From Tricharina praecox (taxonomy: Eukaryota): a stretch of 49,300 nucleotides of DNA. Location of the stretch: the NCBI RefSeq assembly GCF_024521635.1, contig NW_026250434.1:372001-421300 (forward strand), read 5' to 3'. The notes beneath the pieces were generated by a model, which saw only the letters and a program-made list of their open reading frames with translations, was not told the origin of the DNA and made no database searches. How positions within the stretch are numbered: the stretch's first letter is position 1; each line of letters begins with the position of its first letter. Shown piece after piece: positions 34,658-46,312 of the stretch. Position numbers and translations under genes: made by a program.

Positions 34658-36503
34658 GGCCGAATCTTCGAGTACCGTTCTTTTCGGATCGTGAGGAGGG
34701 CACTAGAGGTCGGGAGTACGGACCAAGGGCGTAAGGGCACGAAGGTTCGGCAATTAGGTGTTCGAGGGACCACCGTGAGAAGAGAAAGCTTGAAGCTAAA
34801 GGACAAAGAAGAGTGATGATCGTAAGGTCGTACTCAGCTCTCCTGCAGCTCTCCGCCTGGCTATGGCTTTTAGCCAAGTTACCAAGAGTTCAGCCCTGGG
34901 ACAACCCATGACATCCTGCACGTCCGCCACTGTGCTCCAAAGAAGATTAGCCTCATCCTGCATCCACGCCACCACGTTGGTACTAGCCACTGTGTGCACC
35001 GCCACATTTGTTGGTGGCTCGTAAACTACTACATGCGGTTGGAGAAACGATATGACGTCTCGATGAACCTGTAAGTCGAAACGAGGTTTGGCGGGAGAAC
35101 AGGCAGAGAACTCACCAGTGTCCGCTCGATGCTCACATAATGGTGTGTGTTTGGGTTTACTTAAGCCATGGTGCCATTGTAAAATACCCTCATTGAAGAA
35201 GTTTAGATTTTTACTACTGCACTTTGTGAATCTTCTTGACGAGTGTTCTTTATCCCCTGGATCGTAGATATGCTGTATCTGGGCCATCCGGCCCGTTGTT
35301 GAACGTAAGTGGATCTACAACTCAGCAACCATATGGTTACAACCAAACATGATCTGTTCAAAGTTCACATATCCTGGTACCCAGTGATGATTCTGGCGTC
35401 AATTTAGGTGTTCCCATTCTAGTTAAGGAGAGAAATGCCGTCAAGATGCGAAAAACAATATGCTGAAATATCTCAAAACTTTGGGAATACTTCTCATAAC
35501 CCCTTATCATTTGGGGCTCATCAGAGGATTTTCAGTTATCGGAGTCAGAGATGTTGAAGATTTGGTATTACATGAGTTGCGGCTGTTCAAAAATTCGGGT
35601 TTTCGTCCAAAACTGCGATGTTGAGGGAGCTGTGACCACCCACAGGAAAGGCCAACTAATGAGCATTACGTAGAGCCCATAGTACAGTAAGTTGGAGATT
35701 ATCCGAGGTTCTCGAGACTGTAGAAAAACATTTGAGCTCATAGGTGAGCTATTAATGGCCAAAAATCGGTTACAATCGTATCGTCCGAAAAGCTTGTCGC
35801 CAATCACCCACCAAGGGACATCACCAAATATTGAAAGGATAATCATCAGTAGGAGATCACAGAGAAGAGTTCCATCTCATTATTTGCGGGGTAGCTGGCT
35901 AACTAGAGTGACTGTCAGAGCTACACAATCCGTATTTGAAGGATACATCGACCGAAAACGAGCTACGGTCGAGGGGATACCAGTAAACTACACTCGTGCT
36001 TTTGTAAAAGAAAGCGGGTCCTAAACCTATTCGGGGCATGTTGTCCAAATCCAGGTCTATTTGTCTTCTATTCAAGTGATGTGGTCAACTGCATATGTGC
36101 CTAGATCCTTAGCAATCCCCATTGCTAACCACACCACTTCCTATTCATCTTCTATTCGCAGCACGTGCACCCCAGTATTTTTTGTCAGTACTGCATGATT
36201 AGGGGCTACCACTCCAAACCTGCGGTTTGGCAACCGAGATGAGGAAATTTATCTACCATGGGTTCCGAACTTCACGTATTCCGTCGAGAAGGATCACAGC
36301 GAAGCTACTCGAGTTTCCATGAGTGATGGTTGACCATTCAACTTGCGTATACCGTCCGTTCATCCTGTCATTCGAGCCGTCCCCATATAATAATCCCATT
36401 TGACAAGCCCCAATCCCATCCTCAGACCACCATCGTGCAGCTAAATAAACACCCGTTTTGGACCTATTAATCACAGCAAATTCCATACTACGTATACCTC
36501 AAC

Positions 36504-36689
36504 ATGTGTAATTTCATCAACTGGCTTTTCACATGCGGCCATACGAAGTTGACATTCGACTCGCAGTGTCCGCATTACCACAGGTCCTTACAAGGTATCT
36601 GCCCAATGAACGCCGACAGCTCAAAAATCACCAATGCCGAATGCGGTGGCATGTGCAACCGATGTATAAAGTACACCGCGACACTGTAG
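36504..36689 (+). CDS. 61-aa Cys-rich (MC...CGH...C...CxxC) putative Zn-binding microprotein
   Basis: MCNFINWLFTCGH...C...C...CGGMCNRC; TATAAT ~120 bp upstream; caacATG context. Confidence 0.6.
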   Translation: MCNFINWLFTCGHTKLTFDSQCPHYHRSLQGICPMNADSSKITNAECGGMCNRCIKYTATL

Positions 36690-37054
36690 ATTCCGTTGTT
36701 GGGATCGGTACCGCGTGTGCTCGACATGCATAATGTACACTACCTATGCCCTATAGGCTAGCGGATCTCCTGGTTCATAAGATATACGCGCTAGGAGGTT
36801 CGGGCGAACGTGACGAGTGATAACGGGTGGCGCGAATGTGGCGACAGTCACGCAAGGTGGCGAATATCAGGTTTTTTCGGGTGTATGGTGCTTTGTAGAA
36901 GAGATCGTGCTTAAATGGCGACGAGAGTATTAGCAGTTACGTCCATTGTGTCTGTACTGCAGTACAGGGCCTCGCGGAAACCAATCGTACCCGGAAATAA
37001 TAAATAAATCACGGTGGAGCCTACATGTCGGTAAAGGAATCCTGTTGAATGTCC

Positions 37055-37290
37055 TCGAGACACAGCTCTCGAGTCTCCTACGTGGGGTTCGAGGCTGCGC
37101 ACATCATTCCGCTCACCCTGGAAGAAAATACTGGAGGAGGCATAACGACGGTCCGTGCAGGCATTTCAGACAGGCAGTGGTCGCGAATATGAGGGGTGAT
37201 GGCGAGCCTTGCGGCCATCGTGGAGATCCTGGGAGCCGGTACCCGCATCCACAGCGTCGCCGATCAGTGTGACCTGCACACCGACCGAGA
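37055..37290 (+). pseudogene. HNH_2-type endonuclease remnant
   Basis: GFEAAHIIPLTLEE at 37085-37126 resembles the fungal HNH_2 EAAHIIP motif; followed by frameshifted YWRRH and IHSV...DLH. Confidence 0.5.
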
Positions 37291-37485
37291 TCATCTCCGG
37301 CGCGTCACCATCAGATGTCATCGTATGGAGCTAGATCATGGCGATATTGATAGTAAAAAGGTTTTGGTGTCACAGACTAGGTAAAACGTTTTACAGTCAC
37401 GAGTGAAAAGTTGAGATGTTCAACAGCCTTGCTTCATTGAGTACCCCATACAGTTATGTACTGGTAATTTCAATCAGCCGATGCC

Positions 37486-38116
37486 TTAATTGCGATCGCG
37501 CTTCCTAACCAAGCTCCTAGTATCCTTCGGCTTCATCTGAGAAAGAAGCAACTTATCCTCTCTGCCGAGCAACATATCCTTGCGAGAAGGAGGAGTAACT
37601 TTCGAAGCTCCAGAAACTCCAGAAGCTCCAGAAGCACAAGCCGAAGTCGAAACTCCAGGAGTAGAAGCCGAGGTCGAAGCTCCGGGAGCAGAAGCCGAAG
37701 CTCCAGAAGCAGGAGCGTCAATGTTTCCCGCACGATAGAGGCTGACGCGTTCCCCGCAGGCCTTCTTCATAGCCACTCTCCTCTTCTCCCTCAACATCTG
37801 CTCGCGCCTAATACTCTCGGCTTCCTTGGCGCATCTGATCTTCTCATCGTTGAGGAACGCCTGCTTCTTGTTGGTAGTGTCGTCCCTCGTGGCTTTGCGC
37901 TGAGCGAGGAACTCTTTGGCCTTGTCGTCGGTGGTCTTGGCGATAGCGTGCGCGGCGGCGTTCTTGCGGAGCTTTTGAATAACAGTCGGGCCTGGAGAGG
38001 AGGGGAGGTGTCGGAGTTAGTTTGGGGGTCGAAGGGTCGGGCAATTATTAGAACTTACCATTCGGCGTCCTCTTGCAGAGCCTACGGAAGGCGCTGGTGG
38101 TGAATCTTTCGGGCAT
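37486..38116 (-). CDS. Two-exon orphan basic coiled-coil protein (38116-38059, 37991-37486; 187 aa)
   Basis: 67-bp GTAAGT..CTAAC..CAG intron gives a 564-nt open frame; K/R/E-rich helix followed by A/S/G repeats. Confidence 0.7.
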
Positions 38117-38525
38117 GTTGTTTGTCTTGATGAATTGTCTGTGTGGAGTTGTGAGGCGTGGAGATGGATGAACTAGGAGCTGTTGTTGCGAAGGTGGTAG
38201 AGATAATGTGTTGTGGTGAGGAACGAAGAAGGAAAGAAGGAAGAAGGAGAGGGGATGAAGTTGGCTCGACCCCACAGAGGTCGTCGCACTTGCCGTTGGT
38301 GATGAAAAACGGAGGTGAATGAAGGGTAGAAACCGCGATTCACGAATTCCGCAAACACTAGCCTCACCAAAAAAGTAGCTAGTTCACGACGGCAACGCAC
38401 ATTTTCACATGACACACCAATCCGGATTCGCATCCACCGAATGTTTCAAGGTTCATGAATGTCTACAGGTATCTGAACCAGCCAAATCAATCTTGATTCT
38501 GATCGGAAGAGCCATCATGAGAGAG

Positions 38526-38582
38526 AGAGAGATCTCCCTGTTTTATTTCGCATGCAGACTATCTAGACTAGGTATGGCGAAC
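38526..38582 (+). repeat. Dispersed ~55-bp repeat, partner of 19451-19503
   Basis: 4 mismatches plus a 4-bp indel relative to the copy inside the TIR element. Confidence 0.8.
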
Positions 38583-39574
38583 CCACGAACTCTGTTTCCT
38601 GCCCGCCCTGGCCAGTCCAGGTGAAAGCCCCGGAATGTACCGAGCAGTCCGATGCGACGCCCCACTTCCCCTTCTCATCCGCCTCGGGCCGACACAAGCA
38701 AAAGTTAGATTGACAGTAAAGACCGGTATAGGCCTAGGCACATGTTCGCTCCGCCTGTTGCCCCTCGCCTCTCTCCCCCGTCTTCCGCTTCCGCCCCAAA
38801 ACCTATAACCGCGTATCCTCCTCTCCTACTTCCTCGCATCGGCCGGAGACGCAGTACTCTGCTGGGCACTCTTGCTCTGCTCTGCTCGCGATGCTTGCCT
38901 CCTCCTCCTGCTCCTCCTCCTCTAGGTCTGGTGGAGCTTTTCTCCCCACATCTGTCGTTCCTAGAAACTCTAGGATTGCCTAGCTGCACCGCGCGTCGGC
39001 GAACTCCGCTATCGACCACCTCTCTTTTCTTCTCTCCGTCTCCTTCCGGACCTTCACCCACAAGGCTTTTTGTTGACTTCTCCACCGTGAGCAGTTTTGA
39101 ATAGTGCGAAGAGCCATCATGTAAATCCTCATGAAGTCTCACTCGTGATCTAGCGAGTGCTTTCCGGTAAACCGCGCAATTATATAAGGTAGCGCCTGAT
39201 GTTGTGGGTACAAGACACAGATGAGGGAGCATTTATTTAAAAGCTACCCACAGTGGAGGAAAGAACACAAAGGTCTGTAGACGAGGGTCCGTAAAGCCAC
39301 GGCACCGTCCAGGCTCGAGCATCAAAGGCGGGCGAGTGATCGGCGAGTGAATCGTGATTCCTGATTGACTGAGGATCAACTTGAAGATCGACTCAATGAC
39401 CAACTCGTATACCGACTCGGGGACTTGTGATCAAGTAATAATATCATGAGGAGAGATATCATCGTATGACCCTGGAAGATGTATATGACGGAGTTCGGTT
39501 TATGTTGCACTGTATCTATTTCTATACTCTCTCTGTTGCCCGCTCATTCTCTTCCGTATCGAAGTAACTACTTC

Positions 39575-39606
39575 GCTCTCTCTCTCTCTCTCTCTGTTTC
39601 TCTCTC
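39575..39606 (+). repeat. (CT)n microsatellite
   Basis: ctctctctctctctctctctctgtttctctctc. Confidence 0.85.
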
Positions 39607-41404
39607 GTCCACTCAGATGAGGCGCTGTGGCAAAAGGTTATGAGCCAGGTCGAAATCATCTGAATTTCTTCGAAAACAAGAATCCAGAGCACCCAACGAT
39701 AGTTATTCGAAAACAAGAGTCGGCGGTGCCCTCGGCGGTTGCCCGCAGCGAGAACCCCTCGCATACCTCCATACACTGCGGCAGGGAGTCGGTAGTCACC
39801 CCTGGGCGAAAAACTTCAAAATCGGCCGCCGGCCAACAATGCCAGCGAAAGTCAAATCTCTTCAGAGCTTGAACTAAAACGAGTGGACTGTGCGCCTTCG
39901 AGGTTCCAGCATGCTTGCTAGAGCATGGCCAGTGGGGAATCACCTGTGCTGACGCCAGCCAGCCTCCCTGGAAACTTTGGTACCTCTCAACGGCACAATT
40001 GAAGACTTTCTCAGACGATCATGCCAGGAAGGATCTTGAGATGGTATACCCGGAACATGCATAGCTTGGCAGGCCAGCTTGCGGATGGACCAGCCTGCGT
40101 TTAGACGGGACGATCTGAAGTCTGGGCTAGAACATATTAAGTACGTTTCAAAACATCACTACCAAATGAATATACGATAGACGTACAACTTCCACATTAC
40201 TCCACATCTCATTATCAAGCTGAAGATACTACTTAGTCAACGTTGTCCTGCGCAAAGCGCTGAGCTCTTCCCCGGGGTTCATTCTCCTCCCCGCCGTCGC
40301 CATATCGGCTGCAGAACAGGCTCTCTTAGAGTGATGAAATCGATGATGCTGTGCGGGGAAGCGGTGGTGAGACTTCTTCTGAGGTTCGCACGTAGCAGCC
40401 GTGGTGGTGCAGTTCTCCGGCCAGGGACCGACGCTCGAATGATCTCGATCGTGTCATGCGCATCCTCGTCGCATTCGTCGGTCGGGGCACTCAATCCGCG
40501 GTCGGAAAGAGTGGACACACCCACCACATGAATACTGAAGCCACAGTGAGCGGGGTATTTGGTGTGCCAACGCCTGGTCTTGGCATTTGTGGAAGGTTGG
40601 AGTGCTTGTCGGAGGTGTGTGTTGTTCCTGGTTCAGTTGTCACGGGGCCGAATACATTTTCTCACGCGGACGTCAAATCACTGGGTCTACGAGACGGGTG
40701 AGCCCGTCCTTGAAAGGACTGTATTTGTCGGCTGGGCGAACTGTGGGTAGACCATTTGGATGACGCGGCTGGCCCAGGCACAGATTTTCTGCACAGTGGG
40801 CGAGCCCAGTCATAGATCTACTGGTGAACCGGCCTACTGCCAGATTAATTCTTTACAATACGATTATGTTCCCATTTTCAGGATTTCCAGGATAGCGGCT
40901 GGTTTCGCCAAGGTTGTAAATGTTAAATTTTCCCTGCACTTCTAAATTGCAATCGTCGACGAACACATTATGAACGCACACATCATCTTCGCCAAAATTT
41001 TCACCGTTATCCAGCCCAATGATGAATTACATTCCACACGGCCAGTTCACAACTTCACACTCCCGGCTGAGTAGGTAAGCCTAGTCAACCAACACAGTCC
41101 ACCAACAGTCCACCAGTTTGCCAGTCCATTCCATCATAGACCGGTTCACCGCCCCACAGATGGGTCGACCCATATAGGCAGAGTGATCTGGCGTCAGGGC
41201 TACATTAGGAAATAGCACAACTGTGATCTGTGATTGAAGGTCAAAACTTATCGCCACCTGCCCCCTAAGGGTACACTACTACACCGCACATGTAAACCTC
41301 CCGAATTCAACAACCACTCAATTTATCAAACTACAAAAAAAGGGGGGGTGCCTGGACTCGGCTCACCACCGCCTCCCCTCCTGCCCTGCCTTGCCCCCAT
41401 CCCC

Positions 41405-42806
41405 CTACCACAACCAGACGCCAACCGCTACCACCAGGGCAGCCACCACAACAGTCCGCACCACGCTACCCTCATCCGGCTGCAAGGCCGCCATCCGCTC
41501 CGCTACGATCCTCCGGTTGACCTCCTCCCGGTCAATCGGAGCGTCATAGTGGGCAGCGGTGGCATTGCTGCCGGTATCCATCTGAAGATGCTCAGGGAGC
41601 ATGGCGGCGAGACGGGCGGCGGCGGCCTGGTAAGCGCGCTCTGCGAGGTGCGCAACCTTAGGCTCGAGCCGGAGTGGAGTGCCTCCCGACGACTCCGCTC
41701 CGCCTCCCGCTCCGCCAACGCCTGACGTGCGTGCTTCTGCCGGAGGTGCTCCGCGACGAGAGCCTGGGTGTGCTCCTCGTGCTTCCTCGCACTCTCCTGC
41801 TCAGCCAACGCCAGGCACGCGTACTTCTGGCGGATGTGCTCCGCCACTAGAACCTTTGTGTGCTCATCGTCCTCCCTCACTTCGCCATCCGCAATCTCTT
41901 CGTCTCGGCGCGCCACGCCGCCTCCCTGACCCTCTCCTTCGCCAACCGCCTCCTCTTCTCTTCCTTAAGGTCATGCCCGTGACCGCTTTTCTTGGAGGAA
42001 TTGTTCCCCTTGGAGTTGCCGGACAACTGCGCGGGGTAAGCTGCAGATGGATTCGAGCGTGTGTGGTTCGACGAATTCTGGCTTGTGGAGCTGCTTGACG
42101 GCTGCGCGGCCGGAGCGGAAGAGCGATTTACGTTTATATTGGTCGACGCTTTCTTGCTTGTAAAGCTGGCGGACGGCTTCACGGACGGAGCGGGATTCGT
42201 GAGTATATGCTTCGAGGAATTGCTCCTCTTACAGTAGCTTGATAACTGAGCCACCCAATCGGCAGAGCGATTCGCGGCGGTATTGGACGACGCATTCTTG
42301 GTTGTAAAGCCACCTCATAGCTGCACTACCGGACAGGATGAGGGATTCACGACTGTATTGATGGGCTCATTCTTCCTTATAAAGCCACCGGACAACTGCA
42401 CTGCGGGAGCGGTAGAGGAATTGGGGACGGTCTTGATGGACTCATCCTTAGTTGTAAAGCTACCGGACATCTGCAGTGCGGGAGCGGAGGAGGGAGTCGT
42501 GACGGTATTGATGGAAGCATTCTCGGTCGTGAAGCTACCGGATTCTGCAGTGCCGGAGCGGATGAGGGATTCGTGACTGTCTTGGTCGACGAATTGCTGA
42601 TCTTGGAGGCGCCAGACAACTTAGCGACCCAATCGGAAGAAGGATTTGGACAGCTACCGGAGAACCGAGAGGCCGGAGCGGGAGTAGCATTCGTGGCTTT
42701 CGTGGATGTCAGCGTGCTCTATGTTTGGTTGAAAAGGCTACTACATACCTGGGTTCGTCCTAGGCTTCGCCTTTCTCGCGGTCTTCTGGGTGTGTGGAGG
42801 TGTCAT
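41405..42806 (-). pseudogene. Decayed tail-anchored protein gene, paralog B, with 25-aa tandem repeats
   Basis: Exon 1 MTPPHTQKTARK (42806-42749) and intron 42748-42697. Frameshifts and an in-frame TGA within the repeats. C-terminus ...GSVVRTVVVAALVVAVGVWLW*. Confidence 0.75.
42010..42700 (-). repeat. ~75-bp coding tandem repeat (about 8-9 degenerate units)
   Basis: Anchors gtaaagc/ataaagc/gtaaagc/gtgaagc near 42304, 42379, 42454 and 42529; unit ~SGSFTTKNASINTVTNPSSAPALQL. Confidence 0.85.
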
Positions 42807-44097
42807 CTTTACAAACTCGGCAAAGGTTATTTGGAAGAGAGACAGAAGAGTGTGTGTGATTTGCTGTGGTGACGGCACAGGGAAGATGAGCGAAGGAATT
42901 CGAAGGGTGGTGTGGAGTGGTGAAGAAACAAGGAAGAGAAGAGAAGGAAGAAGGAAAGCAGCGGTTTTGTGGTAGACCATTTGTGGCTTTGGTCAGTGGG
43001 GTGAGACCGGAGCAAACCGTACGGCTATACCCTAGGGTTATTTGCTGTTTGGCCTGCACTAAAACTAGTGTCCGTGCAACGAAACCACCCGTAGATCTAG
43101 TCACCAAACAGGTGAACGCATAGACCTGTCACCTGCGAGGTGTCGGGATAATACAGTAGATTTCAAATTTTCAGTCATCGCCTAACCTCCACATCGGTAC
43201 TAGTATCGACACGACGGGCGAATCTATCCCCCATCCCCCTCACGCCTGAGTTCATCCGATGTGTATGTCTATTGCGCGCTGCTCATGTTCCCGCAGCACA
43301 GCTTCCACCTGTTGAATTTCCATTCGACTTCCATGGACTGGAACTTGAACCCCGCACGCCGGGACAAAGACTTGAGACACTCAATGGCCTGGATGATGAA
43401 TCATGATTTCGTCCCTCAGAATCACTTGCTGATCACTATTATTTTGTACCAATGCAACGTCCACCGTGGTCCGTACAGTTACGATACGAGATGGAACATA
43501 TCCGCCAGCTGTGAGCCTTTGCTTTGCGTGAGGCGGGCGAAACTTCAAAGTTCAATACTGGCTGTACACCATATCGGTGTCATGGCGGCGCCAGCCGGTA
43601 ACTACAAGCCGGTAGTAGGTACACACTGGTGCCTACCGAATGTTGAACCATGATAATTGAATTCCAGCACCGCTGTATTGTGAGCTGCACTGTAACTGTT
43701 GCTCCGGTGCTGTTTGCTCACGGAGTCACGGTACCGACGTCTAGTCACGTGCACTGTACTAGCCGGCTTGTACGGTCACGCTCATCAAAATACCGCACGT
43801 GACCTGCGAGGTCGGGTACTGTACGTTCCTTTGCACCTGATGGCAGCGCCGAAACACTCTAAGTAATGTAAAGCGACAGTATGCACTTCGGTATGGGTAA
43901 TTCATTTCAGCCAGCAAAACGAGTCCACCCAACCACCCAACCACCCGAAACATCTTCCAAGTCCCAACAAACACATGGCAATCATCCACCCCCCCCCTTC
44001 CCTGCCAGATCACTTGCTCCCCCAACCACCGACACCTCGCGCAAAAATCATAGATATCGCTCTCCAGCCCTCCCACTCCCATCGTCTGTCTGTCCGT

Positions 44098-45464
44098 CTA
44101 GTACTTTATCGTCTGCGACAGCCGCTGCACCAGGTACTGGCCCGCATTGATCCCGGGAAAGTGCTTCTCCTCCTCGGTAGCGAAGGTTCCCGGGAGCGCC
44201 TCGATGTAGGCGTCCGTGTTTGGGTTGCAGAAGTAGCTGAATCTCGCACGTCAGTTCTGATCGATGGGCGATATGTGGGGGTAGGTGGGAGGGACATACG
44301 CGCACGAGTACCTAGCCGGATACTGACCATCGACCGGCTCGCTGGGCGGCTCAACGACCTGATGCTCCGTGCTCGCAATGATCCTATTACTCCACCTCGC
44401 GAGCAGATCCCCCGCATTGATAACAATCGTGTCCTCAATCGGAGTCGCATCTACCCAGCTTCCCTGCGGACTTCTGACCTGCAGTCCGCCACGCAAATCC
44501 TGAAACAGCAGGGTGACAGTACCATAGTCGCTATGCTTGCCCAGCCTCACCTGCCCCGCATTCCTCTTGAACACGGCCGCAGGCGTCGGCGGGTAGTGCA
44601 GCAGCCGCAGGTTGTTATCCGCCGCGTCGATGAAGCCGTCAAAGAACGCCTCGTCCAGCCCGAGGCCGAGCGCGATCGCCCGCATCACTTGCACGTGTAA
44701 AGCCTGGCACGTGGAAAAAAACGTGGTCATTGTGGAGCGGAACTCGGGGTCCCCAAAGGGCCAGTTGTTCGGCATCGTGGGGTGGTCGTCCCGCCCGATC
44801 TCGATGGATTCTTTTAGGTCTGGTGCGCTGCTGCGTAGAGCATCGATCGTCGCTGCGCTGTCCGTCACTTGAGACGCTTTCTCGCGCCCGGCAGCGACGT
44901 AGCCGCGGTTGGATTCGGGGGTGAGCTACGCTTCCTGTCAGACCGCCGGCATCCCACACCACCAGCACCCGGGGGGAATACCCATTTCACCGCATCCTTC
45001 TCCTCCTGCGGCCGCGCAAAGAAGTCGGCGGAGGTGGCAAAGACCTTGTCGACAGTTTCCTTCGGGATTCCATGATTCTTGAGGTATCTATATAGAAGCA
45101 ACAGGTCGCGTTCAGCTCTCGCTATCTGCCATAACCGGGTACGTCATCATGCATGGTGGAGGGCGAGGGGAGTTGGGGTTACACACAGGAACCCCGCATT
45201 CTTGAAGCCGTCGATAACTCCCTTCACGGCCGCTGCCTTCTCGGCTTCGTCGCCGTGTAGGAACATGCCGAAGTCAATGAGCTACGGACGGACGGACGGA
45301 TAATAGGTGAGTACGGACGGGTGCGGAGACCCCCCGCCGCCACCGGGAACGGACGTCCCGGGGGAGAGGAGGGGAGAGGTATGTCGGGTACTGGTACGTA
45401 CCGGGATGAACAGCCCATCCTTGGCGACGCCGGTTGCGACAGCTTCTTGCGCGGGGGGAGACAT
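44098..45464 (-). CDS. Thymine-7-hydroxylase (thymine dioxygenase; 2OG-Fe(II)), multi-exon
   Basis: Motifs DGLFIP|LIDF, NRGY, PDLKESIEIGRDD, DNNLRLLHYP, GQVRLGKHSDYG (HxD), STEH and RYSCA|YFCNPN; very similar to the N. crassa T7H sequence as recalled. Confidence 0.9.
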
Positions 45465-46312
45465 TGCTGTGGTCGGAGGAGAAGAGGAGGCGGAGGCGGT
45501 GGAGAGGCGGTCGGTTTCGCTTTTCTGAGTCGTGTGGAGTGGGCAGATGTTGATGTTTGGTTCCGCGACGGACACGAAGACGGATCAACTGTACCACTCT
45601 ATGTAAATAGGTAGTCGCTCCTTTAAATGCATGATCTGCCTGCGGGGGCAGTACGGGTGGGATGATACAGTACTATACAGTCCTCGTACCCGAATCCCGG
45701 TATACCCAGTACCTGGCAGGTATCGCAAGGCCGGTGACTATGGATAGAAAATCCATCGTTCGGAATCCCGATTGATTACTGATTATCTCCATAGTTACAT
45801 CGGGCGGTTTCAACCTCCCCAGCTTCTCTTCCCGTCATAATCATGGCTCCTTGCCTTCCCTATCGGGTCTTGCATCCTTTTGTACTCTATCGATAAGCAC
45901 ACTCAATCTGCGCGTCGCTGCCTGCCCTGACTGCCGTCGGCGAATGCCGCGACTCCGAGAGTCCGAGGCGCGTTGTACCTATTTTTTGATAGATACCTAC
46001 ATTCCGAGTCGTACACCCGTGTAAGTACGAATATAGAAGTTATGGAATGGGAGTCGAGTAACTCTCCGTCGAATGCATATCACGAAAAGTGCTTCAGACC
46101 GCTGTCGTGATGCAGATCCCGCCCTGTCTCGATTATGCAGTAGTTACATACAGGAAAGGCGCCGACACTAACAAAGCAACCAAACACTTCCGGCGGCATA
46201 CGCATCTACACATATTTGAGCTATAAAGAGCGCGGGGGAAAGTACCAGTGACCACAGCCAGCCAGTCCATTGCGATACCAAGTATCATACTTTTCTTCTC
46301 CCCGAACCATCA
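45465..46312. promoter_or_regulatory. Bidirectional promoter region between T7H and IDCase
   Basis: Divergent ATGs 848 bp apart; TATAAA near 46222. Confidence 0.55.

Noticed and set aside
38705..39232. Overlapping ORFs on both strands
   Set aside because: Low-complexity, interrupted by stops, no recognisable motif
42010..42700. CRISPR-like array
   Set aside because: Eukaryotic DNA; units are degenerate in-frame 75-bp coding repeats without unique spacers
16300..43600. Whole accessory interval as a Starship-type giant element
   Set aside because: No tyrosine-recombinase captain (DUF3435) or boundary repeats could be recognised
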